57,053 nucleotides of DNA. It comes from an uncultured Fibrobacterota bacterium (lineage in GTDB: Bacteria > Fibrobacterota > Chitinivibrionia > Chitinivibrionales > CAYFVL01). Numbering within the stretch: the stretch's first letter is position 1; every line of letters begins with the position of its first letter. The translations under genes were made by a program, and so were the position numbers. Location of the stretch: contig CAYFVL010000001.1 of NCBI GenBank assembly GCA_964346405.1, forward strand, positions 4,640 through 61,692. Reading direction: 5' to 3'. This document shows, piece by piece, positions 39,692-47,081 of this stretch. The notes under the pieces are model-generated. The model searched no databases, had not been told where the DNA came from, and saw only the letters and a list, made by a program, of their open reading frames with translations.

Positions 39692-39781
39692 CCGAATCGG
39701 TGTTTTAGCTCTTCCGGCTTTTGCCGAGTTGTGGTATACTGTTTGTACGACTGTTTCCTGGCTCCAACACCGGAGGAATGC

Positions 39782-40009
39782 ATGTACGAACATCCACAAT
39801 ACCTCACTCCCGACGGATACCGCCGTGACGGGGCTAAAAAAAACACTCGAAAGAACCGAAAAGCTTCGATACATAAGTGGCCGGACAGTACTGTTTCACC
39901 GAAAGCGCGGCAACTGCAGGCCCAAAAAGGAACGCCTCGACGAGGAATCAGCGAAGATGCGGCGAAACTTATTGCCAATACTATAAAGATTATGCTCAAC
40001 AGTAAGTGA
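39782..40009 (+). CDS. Small, highly basic hypothetical protein (75 aa)
   Basis: The ATG at 39782 sits 4 nt after GGAGGA (39772-77). The sequence is Lys/Arg-rich (GAKKNTRKNRKASIHKW...). It ends 6 nt before the next ORF. Confidence 0.5.
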   Translation: MYEHPQYLTPDGYRRDGAKKNTRKNRKASIHKWPDSTVSPKARQLQAQKGTPRRGISEDAAKLIANTIKIMLNSK

Positions 40010-40015
40010 GAGTAA

Positions 40016-40468
40016 ATGTGGTGGTTGGGATTTTATCGGTTTTATGCATCGATTGCGGCGGGAACTGTCGTCTATCTCTTCACCACCGCAGGAGTGTGGT
40101 GGGCCGTCGGAATCGCAGTTGTGTTTCGTGCGATATGGTTTGGGGCGGATCGTGCATGGGAGCGATACCGAGTCGAACGGGATTTTAAGGAACACCTGCA
40201 GGATTTCAAGAACGGACTGGGCCCCTACGGAATTCGTCTCGCCAACAAGGCCGAGCGCGACTACCACACACGAAAATCGCTGGCTGAAGTATTCACCAGG
40301 GATCCCGGAAAACTCGCCAGGTCGGTCGAACAACTTGAGGTTATGGACACGCTTTTTCAGGCCGGCATGCGTCCCGATGGGGATCAATACCTTCTTCATG
40401 ACCTGAAACTGAAGTATGGCCGCACAAGGCTTGGGGGGCTGAAACAATCGAACCCGAATAAACCTTAG
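40016..40468 (+). CDS. Hypothetical membrane protein (2 predicted TM helices plus a cytoplasmic tail)
   Basis: The two hydrophobic helices are FYRFYASIAAGTVVYLFTTAGVWWAVGIAVVFRAIWF. Its TAG stop is the first triplet of repeat copy b. Confidence 0.6.
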   Translation: MWWLGFYRFYASIAAGTVVYLFTTAGVWWAVGIAVVFRAIWFGADRAWERYRVERDFKEHLQDFKNGLGPYGIRLANKAERDYHTRKSLAEVFTRDPGKLARSVEQLEVMDTLFQAGMRPDGDQYLLHDLKLKYGRTRLGGLKQSNPNKP

Positions 40469-40511
40469 CCCCAAGTTTCGCAATCAATTCACGGCATTCT
40501 GCGTAAGCTGG
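40466..40511 (+). repeat. Interspersed stop-codon-abutting repeat, copy b (5' part only)
   Basis: TAGCCCCAAGTTTCGCAATCAATTCACGGCATTCTGCGTAAGCTGG. It occupies the whole gap between two convergent stop codons (40466-68 and 40512-14). Confidence 0.85.
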
Positions 40512-42497
40512 TTAGAGATCGGCTTCGCCGAACCAGCCTTTTGCCTGCGCCACCTCGAAAAATATCTCAACCACCGCCGGATCGAACTGGCGCCCCTGCT
40601 CGCCTCGAAGGCGGCGCACCGCTTCGCCTTTGCCGAGACTGTTCCGGTACGGACGGTTAGAGGTCATAGCCTCGAATGCATCGGCTACATGCAAAATTCG
40701 TGCGCCCAGCGGAATATCCTCACCTTCGAGCCCTTCGGGGTATCCGCTTCCGTCGTAGTTCTCGTGGTGGTACAGAATAAGCGAATAGAGTTCACGAAGG
40801 AACGGGACGTCCCTCACGATATTTGCCCCGAGAGTCGTATGTGTTTTCATGATACCGTTGAATTCCTCATAGGTGAGAGGGCCAGGTTTGTTGAGAATAT
40901 ACCCGGGAATTCCGATCTTTCCGATATCATGCAAAAGACCCGCATCCCGCACAATCCCGATCCATCGACGGTCGTCGCTGAATTCACCGGCAAGTGCCTC
41001 GGCGATGTTCATCACGTTTTCCGAATGCCCGTGAGTATAGGTATCTTTCGCATCCACCGCAATCGCCAGGGCCTTTATCGTACGGATATAATTCTCTTTC
41101 ATGTCGTTGTACAGATTTGCATTGGCCAATGCAATTCGTGTCTGGCTGATAAGAGAAGAGAGAAGCGAGAGCTTTTCCTCCCGATTATCCAGATCCCGGG
41201 AGGCACCGCAATAGAGAACACCGAAATTGAAATCTTCCCAGACTATGGGAACGATATGACTGAAAGCCGGTGGAGTGTCGATGCTTCCGTCGACGCCGTC
41301 CTCTTCGAGCAGTTTTCGATGGGTCACCCGTTTCGCCAGGACTTTGCTCTTTCCGGATTTGTTGTACCGATCGATGACTTCACCGGATACCTCGGACAGT
41401 GTCTCACGACTTAGCGGTGCACGAGACCAGTAAAGAAATTCATGAAACCGTTTGCGGACCAGGAGAAACCCAAGGGTATCTATGTCGAAGTAGCGTCGTA
41501 TAGTTGAAAAGAGGCTCTTTATCACATCCTTCTTCTCGATCAAACCCATGAGCTGTTCGGAATAGGTGCTGATAAGCGAAAGCTCGTCGAGCTTGCGATG
41601 AATCGATGTGTACATGCCGGCGTTCTTGAAAGCGACACCAATCTGCGTAGCGAGTACATTCAGAGTATTCAGATCGGAGACCGTGAAGGGGGTATCCCCG
41701 GATGTGCGGTAAAGGGCGACAACTCCAAGAACATCGTTGTAAGCGGATAGCGGAGCCAACAGTTGAAATGGTGTCTCGAGATTTTCTTCGGGTGGGACCA
41801 CTCCCTCGGGATAACATGTCCCACCGTTCAGCATGAGCGGGCGTCCGTTATGCACAACCCATTCGGCAGCCCCGGAGTGCAGAAATTTTGAAACGCCGTC
41901 CGGATCACCGGACATAAGACTCTTCCCGGGAGGAAGAAATTCGAGTTTCGATTCGGCATTTCCGCGCGCCAGACGAATGCATCCGGATTCCGATTTCAAA
42001 ACTCGAAGGCAGGAGTTCAGAGCGATCGTGGGAAGCTCGTCGAGATCATGCGTTGTCGTAAGCTTGGTTGCTATATCGTGGAGAGATGCAAGACTCGCAA
42101 GGGCACTGTTTTCACGGGACAATCGGGAAGACTCAAGCGCTCGACAGAGCTTGTAGTATAATATTTCCAGTTGAAAAGGCTTAACGATGTAATCGAAAGC
42201 GCCATTCCGGACGGCCTCTAATGCAGCGTCTTGCTCGGGATGCCCCGTTATCAGCAGAACCGGAGACCGGGACTCGTCTTCTCTGATTCTTTTTAGTAGT
42301 TCCAATCCACCCATGGTCGGCATTCGCACATCGGCGATAACAGCCACGGGCTCGAATCTTCCGATTAGGTCCAGGGCTTCCTCAGTAGTGCTAACCGCAA
42401 GTGTTTCGTACCCTTTGAGTCGAAGAAAATCGGAAAGGGCGGCACCGAGGACTTGATCGTTCTCGGCGATTATTACCAGTTCTTTTGTTTGCTTCAT
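40512..42497 (-). CDS. Response regulator receiver + GAF-like region + HD-GYP domain protein (RpfG-type c-di-GMP phosphodiesterase)
   Basis: The REC domain is VIIAENDQ...VIADVRMPTMGGLELL...LLITGH. The HD-GYP motifs are HGHSENV, LLHDIGKIGIP and HHENYDGSGYPEGL. Confidence 0.85.
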   Translation of the reverse strand: MKQTKELVIIAENDQVLGAALSDFLRLKGYETLAVSTTEEALDLIGRFEPVAVIADVRMPTMGGLELLKRIREDESRSPVLLITGHPEQDAALEAVRNGAFDYIVKPFQLEILYYKLCRALESSRLSRENSALASLASLHDIATKLTTTHDLDELPTIALNSCLRVLKSESGCIRLARGNAESKLEFLPPGKSLMSGDPDGVSKFLHSGAAEWVVHNGRPLMLNGGTCYPEGVVPPEENLETPFQLLAPLSAYNDVLGVVALYRTSGDTPFTVSDLNTLNVLATQIGVAFKNAGMYTSIHRKLDELSLISTYSEQLMGLIEKKDVIKSLFSTIRRYFDIDTLGFLLVRKRFHEFLYWSRAPLSRETLSEVSGEVIDRYNKSGKSKVLAKRVTHRKLLEEDGVDGSIDTPPAFSHIVPIVWEDFNFGVLYCGASRDLDNREEKLSLLSSLISQTRIALANANLYNDMKENYIRTIKALAIAVDAKDTYTHGHSENVMNIAEALAGEFSDDRRWIGIVRDAGLLHDIGKIGIPGYILNKPGPLTYEEFNGIMKTHTTLGANIVRDVPFLRELYSLILYHHENYDGSGYPEGLEGEDIPLGARILHVADAFEAMTSNRPYRNSLGKGEAVRRLRGEQGRQFDPAVVEIFFEVAQAKGWFGEADL

Positions 42498-42504
42498 GCG
42501 GGAA

Positions 42505-43563
42505 TCACCATTCGGTAGCCATGCTCACCGTATAGCTTCCTCCCAGATCCGTTACAATGTAGGAGACATTGAAATTCATGATTTTTTCAAACAGAGAAAC
42601 GCCGCCCCCGAATGAAGCGTACCCCGAGTGATATCCCAGACGCAGGGCAACAACATCGAATATGGTATACTCAAAACCGACATGCCCAAACCGGACGGCA
42701 CTCAATACGCCCTGATGTTCCGTCCAGGTCTCGGAATCGTAATCACTTCGAAAAGATTTGCTTAAACGCGCGCCGTCGTTACCCAACAGATCGGCAGTAC
42801 TAGCCACGGCAAGGACTCGACCATAGACGTAGGGGATCTCTTTGCGATAGCCTACCCCGATTCTCAGCCGTGGGGCCTGATACTCGTCGTATTTTCCCCA
42901 GTAGTTGTAAGTCGCAAGCCCATCGAAATTTATTCCGGCACGCACCCCGGACAACATGTGATCGAAAACAGCCCCGGCATCGATTCCAAGGCCATATCCA
43001 TGGATATTATTAATCTGGCTTTTCCTGGAATCCCAACCGGGGAGCCGAATACGCAATCCGTTCGCGGCAACTCCCATAGATATGTTAATATGCGGTGTCA
43101 CCACAAAACGACGGGAGTAGGATGCACCCAGCCGCAATTCGGAGGCCGATGTTACAATCACGTCTTCTTCGCTGTAATCCTGCGGATACCCGTCCGCATC
43201 GGCAGCCATATGCGCGTTGAATGGGATATCGGGATTATGAAGGTAGCCGAAAAACAACCCAATTCCGTGCAGATCATCGATTCGAGTAGTATATGAACCA
43301 CCGGAGATGGAGAAAAGGTTCCCGTGATAGCCCGCATAGGTTGCTTCGAGCCGAGCACCCGGTTCCAACGCGGAAACCGCCGGATTACTCATCGGAGATG
43401 CATCGCGTGAATAAACAAGGTCGGAAAGAGCCATCGACTGAGCGCGGGGAAAAACAAAAAGATCGCGATTCACGTCGCTATACTGCGACTTTTCGGCGCG
43501 GCCTGTTGATACCAGGGTTAGTCCGGCTATCAGAATCGCACGCATTCCATATATTTTTCGCAT
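42505..43563 (-). CDS. Outer-membrane beta-barrel protein (PorQ/PorV/UPF0164-like)
   Basis: Signal peptide (MRAILIAGLTLVSTGRA), an SNPAV motif, alternating beta-strand pattern and a C-terminal aromatic residue (...MATEW). Its stop is 8 nt from the HD-GYP gene start. Confidence 0.55.
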   Translation of the reverse strand: MRKIYGMRAILIAGLTLVSTGRAEKSQYSDVNRDLFVFPRAQSMALSDLVYSRDASPMSNPAVSALEPGARLEATYAGYHGNLFSISGGSYTTRIDDLHGIGLFFGYLHNPDIPFNAHMAADADGYPQDYSEEDVIVTSASELRLGASYSRRFVVTPHINISMGVAANGLRIRLPGWDSRKSQINNIHGYGLGIDAGAVFDHMLSGVRAGINFDGLATYNYWGKYDEYQAPRLRIGVGYRKEIPYVYGRVLAVASTADLLGNDGARLSKSFRSDYDSETWTEHQGVLSAVRFGHVGFEYTIFDVVALRLGYHSGYASFGGGVSLFEKIMNFNVSYIVTDLGGSYTVSMATEW

Positions 43564-43820
43564 AGCTGAAACCGATCATTTACCGGGGTCGGAATTAGTG
43601 AACAAATATACTCATTTTCAGGCCCGTATTGCAGAAATTTCCGCAGCATACGATCTAGGGAACCACGCTTGTTAAATACGTTTTACTACGGTTTTCTATT
43701 GGCATCGTCGGACATCGTTCAGGCACTGAAGAAGGGGGAATCTCGCGGTGCCGCGCACTGCGTCCCGCCGGACATCAATCTGCCAACGGACACCATTCTC
43801 AGCCGATTTGCGGCATAAAC

Positions 43821-43849
43821 TTGAAAATGGAGTTACCCGGTGGTATTTT
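43821..43849 (+). promoter_or_regulatory. Candidate sigma70-type promoter for tRNA-Val
   Basis: TTGAAA (43821-26), a 17-nt spacer, then TATTTT (43844-49). It ends 11 nt before the tRNA 5' end. Confidence 0.4.
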
Positions 43850-43860
43850 CTATTGCACTT

Positions 43861-43934
43861 GGGCGCATGGCTCAGTTGGTTAGAGCGCCGCGTTCACATC
43901 GCGGAGATCGCTGGTTCGAGTCCAGCTGCGCCCA
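43861..43934 (+). tRNA. tRNA-Val (anticodon CAC)
   Basis: The cloverleaf folds by hand. The acceptor stem is GGGCGCA/TGCGCCC and the D arm is GCTC-AGTTGGTTA-GAGC. The anticodon arm is CCGCG-TTCACAT-CGCGG and the T arm is GCTGG-TTCGAGT-CCAGC. The discriminator is A and CCA is not encoded. Confidence 0.9.
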
Positions 43935-43978
43935 TTTAACCTCCTACGGTATCCCCCTCCGGACACCGCGAGAACTCT

Positions 43979-45424
43979 ATGACAAACAGTCGGTATCTGC
44001 GCTTTGCGTTGACAGTTTTTTCCTTTTTCCTGATTCCATTGGCCGTTTCAGCCCAAAACGAGTGTTTTGCCCTCACGGCTCCTGGTTCCGGCACAAAAGT
44101 TACAACGGATGCATGCACGCTGTCGGTGAAGGCGTGTGAGGATATTCGCTCAATTACGTTTTCAGCATTCATTCCAGTCTCGGAGGACTCCGTCGACACC
44201 CTCCAACTGGGAACAATCTCACGCCCACCATTCAGGATGGTTTGGGACGTTGGTGACCTTTCAAACTATCTTTTCTCCGGTGTGGTCGTCTCCGCGCAGG
44301 CAACATACCGAAACGGCATTTCGGAAGTGATCCGTCACGAAGGAATCCTTTTGGCTCATAATCCGATCTCCCGTCCGCGGTATCCGCTTACCTTTGCCCG
44401 GTCGGAGGATATCGAGTCGGTGCCGGAGATAGTCGTCGGAGGAACCTCGTCAACTCCGAATTACACGGCCAAAGCATACTGGAACAACGAAGGTGTGGTT
44501 TTCGAGCTCCAGGTCAACGACCCGTTCTACTATCGTGATCTGCCCGACGACAAATATGCTGAACTCGGGGTGGAAATCCTGCTGAGCCGCGGTCTGAATG
44601 AAAAACCATACCCGGACTCCGGCACATTATGGTTTGTCGTTCCGCTGAACGTGAGACCATACCGTATTCTTGCCCAACCGGTAATGAATGGCGGGCAGTT
44701 TGAGATCAAACGCATCCGAAAATCAGTCGATTACCCATTCATTATAAAAACGGAAGACTTCAAGGGCTTCGGAATACGTTTCACCGTACCGCTCCAGGCC
44801 TTCGGCCCGGAACTGCCGGACACGCTTGGGATGAATATCATAGCTCATGTCCTCAATAGTCGAAATGAGGTCGAGAGTCTCTCGTGGGTAGAAGCCGGCG
44901 CACACAACATGCACAGTCCACAGGTCTATGGCATAGTCCCTGTGACGGAGCGTGCCCCAGTCGCGGATACAATGTTTCTCTGGATAATCGCCTTTGGGGC
45001 AGGGCTGCTGCTTGGTGTTCTGGGAGTCGGACTCAAAAAGATCACTTCGCCCGCGCCGGCGGGTTCCCCTCGGCGGTCACAATCCGTGCAAAAACAGGAT
45101 GACCTTTTCGAAAAAAGCAAGAGAGTCATGGAATCCGAAGTCACGAACGGCAGTTTTTCGGTCCGTGATGCGGCCTCAACGCTCTCGGTTTCACCGCATG
45201 CTCTCAATACCGCGGTTCGACGAGCGTCCGGCGAGAATTTCCAGAATTTTCTGATGCGTTCACGTGTGGAAATAGCCAAAGAGCGACTTCGTTCCTCCCA
45301 TTCCAGCGAAACCGCCATAGCGTCATCCTGCGGATTTCGATCCGTCGACGAAATGGAAAAACAGTTCAGAAAGTTCTGCCGAATCACCCCGTACCGGTTC
45401 AGAGAAGAAAACCAGGTTGCCTGA
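43979..45424 (+). CDS. Membrane-anchored AraC-family regulator with an N-terminal extracytoplasmic (CBM9/DOMON-like) domain
   Basis: Signal peptide (FALTVFSFFLIPLAVSAQ) and an ectodomain of about 320 aa (AKAYWNNEGVVFELQVNDPFYY). A TM helix follows (MFLWIIAFGAGLLLGVLGVGL). The C-terminus is an AraC HTH (VRDAASTLSVSPHALNTAVRRASGENFQNFLMRSRVEIAKERL...CGFRSVDEMEKQFRKFCRITPYRFR). Confidence 0.7.
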   Translation: MTNSRYLRFALTVFSFFLIPLAVSAQNECFALTAPGSGTKVTTDACTLSVKACEDIRSITFSAFIPVSEDSVDTLQLGTISRPPFRMVWDVGDLSNYLFSGVVVSAQATYRNGISEVIRHEGILLAHNPISRPRYPLTFARSEDIESVPEIVVGGTSSTPNYTAKAYWNNEGVVFELQVNDPFYYRDLPDDKYAELGVEILLSRGLNEKPYPDSGTLWFVVPLNVRPYRILAQPVMNGGQFEIKRIRKSVDYPFIIKTEDFKGFGIRFTVPLQAFGPELPDTLGMNIIAHVLNSRNEVESLSWVEAGAHNMHSPQVYGIVPVTERAPVADTMFLWIIAFGAGLLLGVLGVGLKKITSPAPAGSPRRSQSVQKQDDLFEKSKRVMESEVTNGSFSVRDAASTLSVSPHALNTAVRRASGENFQNFLMRSRVEIAKERLRSSHSSETAIASSCGFRSVDEMEKQFRKFCRITPYRFREENQVA

Positions 45425-45963
45425 ATGTAGTTGATTGAGCCGTAGAACCGTGAAATTTGCCAAACTCGTTGAGTTCTTTGTGCAAGGTTCGACCCTCAAT
45501 TACGATAAAATCCTTCCATATCACTACCACGAAAGCTACGACAAGCAAAAACGCTCAGTACGTGTGGATCTCTCTCAACTCGTTATCATTTGCAGAACCG
45601 AAACATCCCCGGGGTTTCGGCCCCGCACGACGACCTACTCCCGGCAAACGCCCCAAGAGTAGGCAGAAACGCCGGCTCCCGGAAACCGCAGCTTATCGCC
45701 TCCGACTCCGGGATGGGCCTGCAAACTCGTCGGCTAAGTCGCCTCCTCAAACAGGCAGGCCCAATCATCCCGAGGTCTCCGGCGGCGGCACTGAACGTTC
45801 GCTTCAAGAAACACTACCGGAATTCACCTCCAAGCCATACCGCAACCCCGGGCCTTTTTTACTTCCACAAAGCCACGACACTTGTCCAAACGACATACCC
45901 AAATTTAGATTTGATTCATAGTGTTTTTTCGCTATCCCGTTTCACTACACAAGGAAACTACCC

Positions 45964-46101
45964 ATGAAAACTGTCCGTTGGACGACCGCTGCCCATTCTT
46001 GCTTTCTTCTGTTTTTTACCAAGTGCGATTCTGAGCCGGATAATCCTTTTGCCGCAAAAGAGCATCTAAACGCAGAAATCTATTTTTTCACTCTATCGTA
46101 A
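45964..46101 (+). CDS. 45-aa mini-ORF resembling an orphan lipoprotein leader
   Basis: The sequence is MKTVRWTTAAHSCFLLFFTKCDSEPDNPFAAKEHL.... The Cys-x4-NPFA segment mirrors the mature N-terminus of CDS 453..3656 (C-TEES-NPFA). It ends 14 nt before the next gene. It may be a gene remnant. Confidence 0.25.
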   Translation: MKTVRWTTAAHSCFLLFFTKCDSEPDNPFAAKEHLNAEIYFFTLS

Positions 46102-46115
46102 AAAGGAGACATACC

Positions 46116-46805
46116 ATGTCACACTCCAAAGAACAACGCCTGAACAAATCACTGCGAAGTGAATTCAAGCAACGCGGGCTTGATCTTTCTCGAATCCTTT
46201 ACTCCTCTCCCAGCGACCTCAAAAGCGAAAACCACAGACTTCGTGTTCTGCTCAAGTGGGTCAATCGGTACTCGCAGTGCAAAAGCCGGGAGATAATGGA
46301 ATCCGAAGGATACGACTATCCTCCCGTCGACCCAGACACCGGACCGGACAACGACTGGGATCTGTTCGAGCGCTGGATGAACGGAAAACCGACTAGTGCA
46401 AGCCTCGAGGACATCCTGTACCCCGACAAACCGATGACTCCCCCGGACCGGCTCACCGACGAACAGATCGAGTCCGAACTGGAGCGGATCCAGGATGCAT
46501 GCGAGCCTTACAACATCTTTTTCGATTTCAGAGCGAACGTACCGTCACGCCTGATTTACGAGTACGTGTACAATACGCGCGACACGCAGCACTCTCTTCT
46601 TGCCCAGGGAGAGACCATCATCGACTCCTGCCGTAGCTACTGCCCGGAATGCATTCAACGCCCGTGGTGTGAGGTAGGACAGAGCAATTGCTGGCTGGAA
46701 GACGAGGATGAGGGGAAGATGTATCTTTCCGAGCCGCTCAAAGGAATCGTGTCTTCCCTCCCCGGGTCTTTGGAGATACTGAAGAGTCGGGGTGATGACT
46801 TGTAG
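46116..46805 (+). CDS. Hypothetical protein with a C-terminal Cys cluster (229 aa)
   Basis: A strong RBS (AAGGAG) lies 7 nt upstream of the ATG. The composition is ordinary. The Cys cluster is CRSYCPECIQRPWCEVGQSNC. I recognised no family. Confidence 0.65.
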   Translation: MSHSKEQRLNKSLRSEFKQRGLDLSRILYSSPSDLKSENHRLRVLLKWVNRYSQCKSREIMESEGYDYPPVDPDTGPDNDWDLFERWMNGKPTSASLEDILYPDKPMTPPDRLTDEQIESELERIQDACEPYNIFFDFRANVPSRLIYEYVYNTRDTQHSLLAQGETIIDSCRSYCPECIQRPWCEVGQSNCWLEDEDEGKMYLSEPLKGIVSSLPGSLEILKSRGDDL

Positions 46806-46876
46806 GCCACGCGGCTTTCAAGGGTCCGTCGGTGACTTTCAGCCGAAGTGCTCCTTTGTGTCAAACGATTACCTCC

Positions 46877-46911
46877 GGTGCCTCAATTCGCAAGTGGAGT
46901 TTTGAGGCACC
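46877..46911 (+). other. Perfect 10-bp hairpin downstream of CDS 46116..46805
   Basis: GGTGCCTCAA (46877-86) pairs with TTGAGGCACC (46902-11) around a 15-nt loop. No T-run follows. Confidence 0.5.
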
Positions 46912-47081
46912 GAAGCCAACTTCCTCCCAAAGACATTCCTTTTCATTTTGGCCTCCAACGGCCGCCAACCCAGTATTTTAGCTTGACAGTCCCCTTGTGG
47001 CCCTTTCAACTTGCTGTTGATTGATGCTATTCCCTGATATTCTCAAAATGTTTACTCTGAATTCTTTGCATACCATCAACG

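Noticed and set aside
45590-45870. Known housekeeping ncRNA (RNase P, tmRNA, SRP/4.5S, 6S) in the gene-free gap
   Set aside because: The diagnostic motifs are absent on both strands by eye: GAGGAAAGTCCGGGC and ACAGAACCCGGCTTA for RNase P, the tmRNA tRNA-like end and tag ORF, and GGAAGGAAGCAGC for SRP. The region is therefore reported only as an unclassified structured region.
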